From positions 1,302,001 to 1,366,000 of the forward strand of contig JASTWF010000035.1 in the NCBI GenBank assembly GCA_030390025.1: DNA of 64,000 nucleotides, in the 5' to 3' direction. The notes beneath the pieces are model-generated. The model saw only the letters and a program-made list of their open reading frames with translations, was not told the origin of the DNA and made no database searches. Position numbers and translations under genes: made by a program. The stretch comes from Squalus acanthias. Lineage: Eukaryota. This document shows positions 50,165 to 63,240 of the stretch, piece after piece (the stretch's first letter is position 1; each line of letters begins with the position of its first letter).

Positions 50165-53100
50165 CTGACAGACACTGACAGACACTGACCGACACTGACA
50201 GACACTGACCGACACTGACCGACACTGACAGATACTGACCGACACTGACCGACACTGACAGACACTGACCGACACTGACAGACACTGACTGACACTGACA
50301 GACACTCACCCTGACAGACACTGACCGACACTGACAGACACTCACCCTGACAGACACCGACCGACACTGACAGAAACTCACCCTGACAGACACCGACAGA
50401 AACTCACCCTGACAGACACTGACAGACACTCACCCTGACAGACACTGACTGACACAGACAGACACTCACCCTGACAGACTCTGACCGACACTGACAGACA
50501 CTCACCCTGACAGACACTGACCGACACTGACAGACACTAACAAACACTCACCCTGACAGACACTGACCGACACTGACAGACACTCACCCTGACAGACACT
50601 GACCGACACTGACAGACACTCACCCTGACAGACACTGACCGACACTGAAAGACACTGACCGATACTGCCAGACACTGACCGACACTGACAGACACTCACC
50701 CTGACAGACACTGACCGACACTGACAGACACTCACCCTGACAAACACTGACCGACACTGACCGACACTAACCCTGACAGACACTGACTGACACTGACAGA
50801 CACCCACCCTGACAGACACTGACCGACACTGACCGACACTCACCCTGACAGACACTGACCGACACTGACAGACACTCACCCTGACAGACACTGACCGACA
50901 CTGACCGACACTCACCCTGACAGACACTGACAGACACTCACCCTGACCGACACTGACAGACACTCACCCTGACAGACACTCACCCTGACAGACACTGACT
51001 GACACTGACTGACACTGACAGACACTGACAGACACTGACTGACACTGACCGACAGTGACAGACACTCACCCTGACAGACACTGACCGACACTGTAAGACA
51101 CTCACCCTGACCGACACTGACCGACACTGACAGACACTGACCTACACTGACAGACACTAACCGACACTGACCGACACTGACCGACACTGACAGACACTGA
51201 CCGACACTGACAGACACTAACCGACACTGACCGACACTGACAGACACTGACCGACACTGACAGACACTAACCGACACTGACAGATACTGACCGACACTGA
51301 CAGACACTGACCGACACTGACAGACACTGACCGACACTGACAGATACTGACAGATACTGACCGACACTGACAGACACTGACCGACACTGACAGACACTCA
51401 CCCTGACAGACACTGACCGACACTGACAGACACTCACCCTGACAGACACTGACCGACACTGACAGACACTCACCCTGACAGACACTGACCGACACTGACA
51501 GACACTCACCCTGACAGACACTGACCGACACTGAAAGACACTAACAGACACTCACCCTGACATACACTGACCGACACTGACAGACACTCACCCTGACAGA
51601 CACTGACCGACACTGACAGACACTCACCCTGACAGACACTGACCGACACTGACAGAAACTCACCCTGACAGACACTGACAGACACTCACCCTGACAGACA
51701 CTGACTGACACTGACAGACACTGACTGACACTGACAGACAGTGACCGACACTGACAGACACTGACTGACACTGACAGACACTGACCGACACTGACAGACA
51801 CTCACCCTGACAGACACTGACTGACACTGACAGACACTGACTGACACTCACCCTGACAGACACTGACCGACACTGACAGACACTAACAGACACTCACCCT
51901 GACAGACACTGACCGACACTGACAGACACTCACCCTGACAGACACTGACAGACACTCACCCTGACAGACACTGACTGACACTGACAGACACTGACTGACA
52001 CTGACAGACAGTGACCGACACTGACAGACACTGACAGACACTGACCGACACTGACAGACACTCACCCTGACAGACACTGACTGACACTGACAGACACTGA
52101 CTGACACTCACCCTGACAGACACTGACCGACACTGACAGACACTAACAGACACTCACCCTGACGGACACTGACCGACACTGACAGACACTCACCCTGACA
52201 GACACTGACAGACACTGACCGATACTGCCAGACACTGACCGACAATGACAGACACTCACCCTGACAGACACTGACCGACACTGACAGACACTCACCCTGA
52301 CAGACACCGACCGACACTGACAGAAACTCACCCTGACAGACACCGACAGAAACTCACCCTGACAGACACTCACCCTGACAGACACTGACTGACACAGACA
52401 GACACTCACCCTGACAGACACTCACCCTGACAGACACTGACCGACACTGACAGACACTCACCCTGACAGACACTGACCGACACTGACAGACACTCACCCT
52501 GACAGACACTGACCGACACTGACAGACACTCACCCTGACAGACACTGACCGACACTGAAAGACACTGACCGATACTGCCAGACACTGACCGACACTGACA
52601 GACACTCACCCTGACAGACACTGACCGACACTGACAGACACTCACCCTGACAAACACTGACCGACACTGACCGACACTAACCCTGACAGACACTGACTGA
52701 CACTGACAGACACCCACCCTGACAGACACTGACCGACACTGACCGACACTCACCCTGACAGACACTGACCGACACTGACAGACACTCACCCTGACAGACA
52801 CTGACCGACACTGACCGACACTCACCCTGACAGACACTGACAGACACTCACCCTGACCGACACTGACAGACACTCACCCTGACAGACACTCACCCTGACA
52901 GACACTGACTGACACTGACTGACACTGACAGACACTGACAGACACTGACTGACACTGACCGACAGTGACAGACACTCACCCTGACAGACACTGACCGACA
53001 CTGTAAGACACTCACCCTGACCGACACTGACCGACACTGTAAGACACTCACCCTGACCGACACTGACCGACACTGACAGACACTAACCGACACTGACCGA

Positions 53101-55237
53101 CACTGACAGACACTGACCGACACTGACAGACACTAACCGACACTGACAGATACTGACCGACACTGACAGACACTGTAAGACACTCACCCTGACAGACACT
53201 GACTGACACAGACAGAGACTCACCCTGACCGACACTGACAGACACTGTAAGACATTCACCCTGACAGACACTGACTGACACAGACAGAGACTCACCCTGA
53301 CAGACACTGACTGACACTGTAAGACACTCACCCTGACAGACACTGACAGACACTGACTGACACTGACTGACACTGACCGACACTGTAAGACACTCACCCT
53401 GACAGACACTGACAGAAACTCAGCCTGACAGACACTGACCGACACTCACCCTGACAGACACTGACAGAAACTCACCCTGACAGACACTGACATAGACACT
53501 CACCCTGACAGACACTGACCGACACTCACCCTGACAGACACTGAGCGACACTGACAGACACTCACCCTGACAGACACTGACCGACACTGACAGACACTCA
53601 CCCTGACAGACACTGACCGACACTGACAGACACCCACCCTGACAGACACTGACAGACACTGACAGACACTCACCCTGACAGACACTGACCGACACTGACC
53701 CTGACAGACACTGACAGACACTCACCCTGACAGACACTGACTGACACTGACAGACACTCACCCTGACAGACACTGACAGACACTCACCCTGACAGACACT
53801 GACAGACACTCACCCTGACAGACACTGACTGACACTGACAGACACTCACCCTGACAGACACTGACTGACACTGAAAGACACTCACCCTGACAGACACTGA
53901 CAGACACTCACCCTGACAGACACTGACTGATACTGAGAGATACTGACTGACACTCGCAGTCAAATTGAAAGACACTGACTGACACTGAGTGACACTCACA
54001 CTTATACTGATCGACACTGACTGACACTGACCAACACTGACTGACAGTGACACTGACTGACATTAACAGGCAATGACGCTCACTAAAAGTGGCTGTCACT
54101 GACACAGACAGACACTGACTGACACTCACACTCACACCAGCAGACATTGACTGACACTCACTAACACTGACATACACTGACAGACATGGACCCCGATACT
54201 GACAGACACTGACAAACGCTGACTGACACTGACATACACAGATTGACACACTGACAGACAGACACACTGACAGACAGTGACAGACACTGGCTGACACTGA
54301 CACTCACATTGATAGAAACTGAAAGACAATCATACTGACTGACTGACACTGACACTCACATTGACATACACTGATAGACATTGGTTTATACTGACTGGCA
54401 CTGAGCAACACTGACTGATACTGACAGACACTAACTGAAACTGACTGACACGCACACTTACACTGTTAGACACTGACTGAGACTGACACTCACACTGACA
54501 GACACTGAGTGACACTGACAGACACAGACACTGACACTGACAGACACTGACAGACACAGACACAGACACTGACAGAGACAGACACTGACAGACACTGAAA
54601 CTCACAGACACTGAAACTGACAGACACTGACTGACACTGACAGACACCGACACAGACACTGACACAGACAGACACTGACAGACATTGACACTGACAGACA
54701 CTGACAGTGACAGACAATGACACTGACAGACACTGACAGACACAGACACAGACACTGACAGAGACAGACACTGACACTGACAGACACTGAAACTGACAGA
54801 CACTGACACTGACAGACACTGAAACTGACAGACACTGACTGACACAGACAGACACTGAAACTGACAGACACTGACTGACACAGACAGACACTGACACTGA
54901 CAGACACGGAAACTGACAGACACTGACACTGACAGACACTGAAACTGACAGACACTGACTGACACAGACAGACACTGACACTGACTGACAGTGAAACTGA
55001 CACTGACTGACACTGATACTGACTCACACTGATACTGACTCACACTGACACTCACTGACAGTTACACTGACTGACGCTGATTGACGCTGACACTCACACT
55101 GACTCACACTGACTGACACTGATTCTCACTGACTGACACTGACTCACACTCACACTGCGCACACTGACACTCACATTGACAGTTACACTGACAGACACTG
55201 ACTGACACTGAGTGACACTGACAGACATTGACACTGA

Positions 55238-55780
55238 TACCATCTACAAGGCACAAGTAAAGAGTGTGAAGGAATACTCTCCACTTGCCTGGATGAGTGC
55301 AGCACCAACAACACTCAAAAAGCTCGACACCATCCAGGACAAAGCAGCCCACTTGATTGGCACCCCATCCACCACCTTAAACATTCACTCCCTCCACCAC
55401 CGGCGTACCGTGGCTGCAGTGTGTACCATCTACAAGATATACTGCAGCAACTCACCAAGGCTTCTTCGGCAGCAACTCCCAAACCTGTAACCTCTACCAC
55501 TAAGAAGGACAAGGGCAGCAGGCGCATGGGAACACCACCACCTCCAAGTTCCCCTACAAGTCACACACCATCCTGACTTGGAAATATATCGCCGTTCCTT
55601 CATCGTCACTGGGTCAAAACCCTGGAACTCCCTCCCTAACAGCACTGTGGGAGTACCTTCACCACAAGGACTGCAGCGGTTCAAGAAGGCGGCTCACCAC
55701 CACCTTCTCAAGGGCAATTAGGATTGGGCAATAAATGCTGACATTGCCAGCGATGCCCACATCCCATGAAAGAATAAAAA
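55238..55780 (+). mobile_element. LINE (second family) 3' fragment
   Basis: TIYKAQVKSVKEYSPLAWMSAAP; matches the reverse complement of 40500-41010. Confidence 0.85.
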
Positions 55781-55795
55781 ACTCACACTGACTGA

Positions 55796-58648
55796 CATAG
55801 AAGCATAGAAGATAGGAGCAGGAGTAGGCCATTCGGCCCCTCGAGCTTGCTCCGCCATTTAATGAGATCATGGCTGATCATCCAAATTCAGTACCCTGTC
55901 CCTGCTTTCTCCCCATATCCCTTGATCCCTTTAGCCTTAAGAAATATATCTATCTCCTTCTTGAATATATTTAATGAATTGGCCTCAACTGCCTTCTGTG
56001 GTAGAGAATTCCACAGGTTCACCACTCTCTGGGTGAAGAAATTCCTCCTCATCTCTGTCCTAAATGGCTTATCCTTAGACTGTGAGCCCTGGTTTTGGGC
56101 TCCCTCGCCATCGGGAACATCCTTCCTGCATCTAAACTGTCTAGTCCTGTTAGAATTTTATAAGTTTCAATGAGATCCCCTCTCATTCTTCTAAACTCTA
56201 GCGAATATAAGCCTAATCGACCCAATCTCTCCTCATACATCATTCCTGCCATCCCAGGTATCAGTCTGGTAAATCTTCGCTGCACTCCCTCCATGGAAAG
56301 AACATCCTTCCTCAGATAAGGCGACCAAAACTGCACACAATACTCAAGGTATGGTCTCACCAAGGCCATGAACAACTGCAGCAAGACATCCTTGCTCCTG
56401 TACTCGAATCCTCTCGCTATGATGGCCAACATACCATTTGCCTTCTTAACCGCCTGCTGCACCTGCATGCTTACCTTCAGCGACTGGTGCACAAGGACTC
56501 CCAGATCTCGTTGCACTTCCCCTTTTCCCAATCTATTGCCGTTCAGATAATAATCTGTCTTCCTGTTTTTGCCACCAAAGTGGATAACCTCGCATTTATC
56601 CACATTATACTGCATCTGCCATGCATCTGCCCAATCACCCAACCTGTCCAAATCATACTGGAGTTTCTTTGCATCCTCCTCACAGCACACACGCCCACCC
56701 AGCATTGTGTCGTCTGCAAACTTAGAGATATTACATCAAGTTCCCTCGTCTAGATCATTAATATATATTGTGAATAGCTGGGGTCCTAGGACCGATCCCT
56801 GCGGTACCCCACTAGTAACTGCCTGCCACTCAGAAAAAGAACCGTTTATTCCAACTCTTTGCTTCCTGTCTGCCAACCAGTTCTCTATCCAAATCAGTAC
56901 CTTACCCCCAATCCCATGTGCTTTAACTTTGCACGCTAATCTCTTATGTGGGACCTTATCGAAAGCCTTCTGAAAGTCCAAATACACCACATCCACTGGT
57001 TCTCCCTTATCTATTCTACCAGTTACATCCTCAAAAAATTCCAGTAGATTCGGCAAGCATGATTTACCTTTTGTAAATCCATGTTGACTTTGTCCAATCC
57101 TGTCACTGTTTTCCAAGTGCTCTGCTATTACATCTTTTATAATGGACTCTAGCATTTTGCCCACTACCGATGTCAGACTTACCGGTCTATAATTCCCCGT
57201 TTTTTCTCTACCACTTTTTTTAAATAGTGGGGTTACATTACCTACCCTCCAATCCATGGGAACTGTTCCAGAGTCTATAGAATTTTGAAAGATGACCAGC
57301 AATGCATCTACTATTTCTAGGGCCACTTCCTTAAGTACCCTAGGATGTAGATTATCAGGCCCTGGGGATTTATCGGCCTTCAATCCCATCAATTTCCCTA
57401 ACACCATTTCCCTACAAATACTGATTTCATTCAATTCCTCCCTCTCATTAGACCCTATGTTCCCCGACATCTCTGGAAGTTTATTTGTGTCCTCCTTTGT
57501 GAAGACAGAACCAAAGTATGTATTTAATTGGTCAGCCATTTCTTTGTTCCCCATTATAAATTCCCCTGATTCTGACTGTAAGGGACCTACGCTTGACTTC
57601 ACCAATCTTTTTCTCTTCACATATCTATATAAGCTTTTACAGTCAGTTTTTATGTTCCCTGCAAGCTTACTCTCATATTCTATTTTCCCCCTCTTAATTA
57701 ATCCCTTTGTCCTCCTTTGCTGAACCTTAAACTGCTCCCAATCCTCAGGTTTGCTGCTTTTTCTGGCCAATTTATATGTCCTCTCCTTGGATCTTATGCT
57801 ATCCCTAATTTCCCTTGTTAGCCACAGTTGTGTCACCTTTTTTGTTTTATTTTTATGCCAAACAGGGATGAACAAATTCTGTAGTTCATCCATGCGATCT
57901 TTAAATGTTTGCCATTGCCTATCCACCGTCAACCCTTTAAGTAACGCTCCCCAATCCATCCGAGCCAACTCGCGCCTCATACCATCGTAGTTTCCTTTAT
58001 TTAAATTCAGGACCCTAGTCTCTGAGTCAACTACTTCACTCTCCATCTTAATGAAGAATTCTATCATATTATGATCGCTCCTCCCCAAGGGGCCTCGCAC
58101 AACAAGATTGCTAATTAATCCTTTCTCGTTACATAATACCCAATCTAATATGGCCTGATCTCTAGTTGGTTCCTCAACATATTGGTCCAGGAAACCATCC
58201 CGTATACACTCTAGGAATTCCTCCTCCACAGTATTGTTACTAATTTGGTTAGCCCAATCTATATGTAGATTAAAGTCACCCATGATAACTGCTGTGCCCT
58301 TATTGCACGCATCTCTAATTTCCCGTTTAATGCCATCCCCAAACTCAGCATTACTGTTTGGGGGTCTGTATACAACTCCCACTAATGTTTTCTGCCCCTT
58401 GGTATTTCTCAGCTCTACCCATACAGATTCCACATCATCAGAGCTAATATCCTTCCTTACTATTGTGTTAATCTCCTCTTTAACCAGCAATGCTACCCCA
58501 CCTCCTTTTCCTTTTTGTCTGTCCTTCCTGAATATTGAATACCCCTGGATGTTGAATTCCCAGCCTTGGTCACCCTGGAGCCATGTCTCCGTAATCCCAA
58601 TTATATCATATCCGTTTACATCTATTTGTGCAGCTAATTCATCCACAT
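55796..58648 (-). mobile_element. CR1 ORF2, 5'-truncated, with frameshifts
   Basis: ORFs 56736-58739 and 56049-56705 (APE + RT); closely similar to the copy at 26372-30400. Confidence 0.93.
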
Positions 58649-59661
58649 TGACTGTCACTGACACACTGACGCTGACTGACGCTGATGATACTGACTGATG
58701 CTGACATAGACAATGACAGGCACTGATAGACACTGGCACTCACACTGACTGACACTGAGAGACACTGACAGACTCTGAGTCAGCCAGACTCTGAGACAGC
58801 CACTCACGCTGACAGACACTCACGCTGACAGGCACTCACGCTGACAGACACTCACGCTGACAGACACTCACGCTGACTCACACCCACGTTGACTCACACT
58901 GACACTCACATTGACAGTTACACTGACTGACGCTGATTGACACTGACACTCAAACTGACTGACACTCACACTGACGCTGATTTACACTGACTTTCTAAAT
59001 GTATTTTCTAAATGGTGAGAAGCTGGGAACTGTGGAGGAGCAGAGAGAGTTTGGGGTCCATGTACAGAAATCACTAAAGCTAGTGGACAAAATAATGAAA
59101 AAGGCGAATGGAATGTTGGCCTTTATCTCCCGGGGTCTGGAATACAAAGGGGTGGAAGTTCTGTTCCAGCTGTACAGAGCTCTGGTCAGACCCCATCTGG
59201 ACACTGCGTTCCGTTCTGGGCCCCGCACCTCAGGAAGGATAGATTGGCCTTGGAGGGGGAGCAGCGCAGATTCACCAGAATGATACCGGGGCCAAAAGGG
59301 TTAAATTATGAGGACAGTTTGCATAGGCCTGACACTGACTGTCGCTCACTAACACTGACTGTGACAGACACTGACTGACATTAACAGACATTGCCTGACA
59401 ATGACTGATACTCATACTGACTGACATTGACTGTCACTGACACACTGACGCTGACTGACGTTGATGATACTGACTGATGCTGACATAGACAATGATAGAC
59501 ACTGGCACTCACACTGACAGACTCTGGCACTCACACTGACAGACACTGACAGATAGGTACTATCTTGCTAATCTCAGCCTGACTCTGAAACTCCGAGTGC
59601 CTCGGGACATGAACAGAGTCCCACATTTACTGAGGATGTTTCTGTTCTTTACTTTCCACAG

Positions 59662-59736
59662 CTCCTCCACCTGAGACAATGGAAACAGAAATAAGTGTCA
59701 CAACAGAGCTTCAGCAAAGTACCAGAGAGATTACAG
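59662..59736 (+). CDS. Repeated 75-nt exon, copy 3: (A)PPPETMETEISVTTELQQSTREIT
   Basis: TTCCACAG acceptor, CAG|GTAAGA donor, phase 1-1, no stops. Confidence 0.8.
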
Positions 59737-60976
59737 GTAAGAAATCTCTCCCAATAAACCTCTCTAATGTAATAAGCGTTAAATAAATTATATTATGTAC
59801 CATACAGTGTCCACAATCCCTGAATGATCTCTCTCCACACCCAGCCTTAACTCACTTCTGACTGACAATGACAGACACTGACACCAAAACACTGACACTC
59901 ACACTGACCGGACACTGACCCACACAGACCCACACTGATTGGACACTGACCGACACTGACACCACAACTGACTGCAGAGCAGGCTTGACGGGCCGAATGG
60001 CCGACTCCTGCTTCTATTACTTACATGCTTATGTTCTGACCCTGACACTCACATCGACTGACACTGATTAACACTGATACTCACATCGACTGACACTGAT
60101 TAACACTGATACTCACATCGACTGACACTGATTAACACTGATACTCACATCGACTGACACTGATTAACACTGATACTCACATCGACTGACACTGATTAAC
60201 ACTGATACTCACATCGACTGACACTGATTAACACTGATACTCACATCGACTGACACTGATTAACACTGATACTCACATCGACTGACACTGATAACACTGA
60301 TACTCACATCGACTGACACTGATACTCACATCGACTGACACTGATTAACACTGACACTCACATCGACTGACACTGAAAGACACAGACCAAAACTGACACA
60401 CTGACAGACACTGACTGACACTGACACTCACATCGATTGATACTGAAAGACACAGAGCAACACTGACATACTGACAGACACTGACTGATGCTTATTAACA
60501 CTGACAGACACTGACACTAACACTGACAGACACTGACTGACATGGACAGTGACCCCCGATACAGACAGACACTGACTGACACTCACACTGACCGACACTG
60601 ACACTCACACTGATAGACACTGACACACTCACACTGAGACACTGACCAACACAGACCGCACTGACTGACACTGACGGACACTGATAGACACTGACTGATA
60701 CTGACGGACACTGATAGACACTGACTGATACTGACTGATACTGACAGGTACTGACAGACACTGACTGATACTGACTGATACTGACAGGTACTGACAGACA
60801 CTGACTGACGCTGACAGACACTGACTGACGCTGACAGACACTGACAGATACTGACAGACACTGACAGATAGCTACTATCTTGCTAATCTCAGCCTGACTC
60901 TGAGACTCCGAGTGCCCCGGGACATGAACAGAGTCCCACATTTATTGAGGATGTTTCTGTTCTTTACTTTCCACAG

Positions 60977-61051
60977 CTCCTCCACCTGAGACAACGGAAA
61001 CAGAAATAAGTGTCACAACAGAGCTTCAGCAAAGTACTGAAGAGATTACAG
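60977..61051 (+). CDS. Repeated 75-nt exon, copy 4: (A)PPPETTETEISVTTELQQSTEEIT
   Basis: TTCCACAG acceptor, CAG|GTAAGA donor, phase 1-1, no stops. Confidence 0.8.
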
Positions 61052-61471
61052 GTAAGAAATCTCTCCCAATAAACCTCTCTAATGTAATAAGTATTAAATA
61101 AATGATATTATGTACCATACAGTGTCCACAATCCCTGAATGATCTCTTTCTACACCCAGTCTTACTCATTATTCCCTGAATGATCTCTCTCCACACCCAG
61201 CCTTACCTTACTTCGGACTGACAATGACAGATACTGACACTCACACCGACTGACACTGAAAAACACCGACTAACACTGACAGATACTGACTGACACTAAC
61301 CGGATACTGACACCACGGGCTCGATTTTAATAGCCCTTTGGAGGCGGGTCTGTAGCAAAAATCGGAAAAAATGGCTTCAGACACCCAACCCGCCTCCATC
61401 CCACCCCACCCGATTTTCATGAGTGTCTGTTCAGCCGCTCCCAAACTGACCCGACTGGAACCGGTGGGACA

Positions 61472-63240
61472 TAAGAACATAAGACATAAGATGTAGGAGC
61501 AGGAGTAGGTCATTTGGCCCCTCGAGCCTGCTCCGCCATTCAATAAGATCATGGCTGATCTGATCTTGGTCTCAACTCCACTTTCCTGCCCGCTCCCCAT
61601 AACCCTTGACTCCCTTATCGTTCAAAAATCTGTCTATCTCCACCTTAAATATATTCAATGATCCAGCCTCCACAGCGCTCTGGGGAAGAGAATTCCAAAG
61701 ATTCACGACCCTCTGAGAGCAGAAATTCCTCCTCATTTCCAATTTAGAAGGGTGCCCCCTTATTCTGAAATTATGCCCCCTAGTTCTAGATTCCCCCACG
61801 AGGGGAAACAGCCTCTCTGCATCTACTCTGTCAAGCCTCTTCACAATCTTATGGGGGAAAAATTCAGTTGGTTGCGCCTCCCGTTAGCGCCTTAAGAGGG
61901 CGCTAATGGGGCGCAAAGCAACTAGCGCCCGGGCGTGGCGATGTTTGCGCCGCTTGCAAAATTAACTAGACATTTTGCGGCGGCGCTAAATACTACCGCC
62001 ACGATCTCCTGCGCCGGCAGATCGTGACGTCAGTCGAGTGCACAACGCCCCGTTAGCGCCCCAGAGCGTATATTGAGTGGCGCCCCCTGCCTTACCGCCT
62101 GCCGCTAGCAACGACAGGTTGAGGGGAGCGTTTTGCAGTGAGGAAGGGACTGGGGGAGCGCTATTTAAAGGCGACCGCTTCCTGCCTTTTTTTGTTGGTG
62201 ACATTTTTGAAACACGCATTCTGAGAGAGAGAGAGAGACTTCTGGAGAGATTCAACGCTGTGTGAAGGAGTTTTGGGTACTGAGCAGCACTTTGCAGGTT
62301 CATTTTGATTTGCCCTTCCTTGTATCGATTTAGTGAGAGAATGTGGGGGCTGCACTCAGCTCTTTCCCTGGTTCTCTCCATTGTTCTTTCCAGCAGATTT
62401 GATGTGCAGGTCTCTCCAGGCCGAGATTCAAGGCTGCAATGAGCAGGATCTGGATGGAAAGCAAGATCAACCCTCCCCTTTAAGAACTGACCGGTGCCAT
62501 TGTGTCTGTGTTCCATTGCTGACTGACATCACATGAGCTTCGCCAGCGCTCTGAGTTACCGCCTCGCTCCTCGGCCTTTGCGCCTTAAGACAGATGTGTA
62601 GTGCCTGATTTAGCGCTCCAATCACCTCCAGGGGCGATAAAAGTCAAGTTTGCAGTCGGAGGCGATAATTAGCGCCAGGCGCTAATCTTTGCGCCCGGCC
62701 AATAATTGCGCCCCAAACGAGGCGATACTGAATTTTTCCCCCTATATATTTCAATAAGATCCCCTCGCATTCTTTTAAACTCCAATGAGTATAGGCCCAA
62801 CCTGCTCAACCTTTCTTCATAAGATAACCCCTTCATCTCCGGAATCAACCTCGTGAACCTTCTCTGAACTGCCTCCAATGCAAGTATATCCTTCCTTAAA
62901 TAAGGAGACCAAAACTGTATGCAGTACTCCAGGTGTGGTCTCACCAACGCCCTGTACAGTTGTAACGTGACTTCCCTACTTTTATACTCCATTCCCTTGG
63001 CAATAAAGGGCTTCATTCCATTTGCCTTCCTAATTACTTGCTGTACCTGCATGCTAACTTTTTGTGATTCATGTACAAGGACCCCCAGATCCCTCTGTAC
63101 CTCAGCATTTAGCAATCTCTCACCATTTAAATAATAATTTCCTTTTTTATTTTTCCTACCAAAGTGGATAACCTCACATTTTCCCATATTAAACTCCATC
63201 TGCCAGATTTTTGCCCACTCACTTAGCCTATCTATATCCC
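61472..63240 (-). mobile_element. CR1 3' fragment interrupted by a Harbinger derivative
   Basis: ORFs 62669-63199 and 61572-61844; direct repeat GTGGGACA at 61464-61471 and 63241-63248. Confidence 0.88.
61853..62742 (-). mobile_element. 890-bp non-autonomous deletion derivative related to the Harbinger at 13064-17216, in the opposite orientation
   Basis: 16-bp TIR GGGGGAAAAATTCAGT and TSD TAT. Both subterminal regions align to the autonomous element; remnant MERTRERAE versus MERVRERAQ. Confidence 0.92.

Larger units (their letters stand above)
36400..61315. repeat. Large interrupted low-complexity satellite of ACTGAC / ACTGACAGAC-type units with block-specific variants
   Basis: 36400-38500 GACACT/GACAGACACT; 43240-48020 CTGACCGACA/CTGATTGGACA; 50165-53930 CTCACCCTGACAGACA; 50-bp units at 42331-42590; 32-bp units at about 60045-60370. 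Confidence 0.95.

Noticed and set aside
36092..60941. Dozens of long - strand ORFs rich in S/V/C/Q (up to 732 aa)
   Set aside because: They are translations of the ACTGAC satellite, which has few stops on the - strand; all three frames give the same low-complexity peptide
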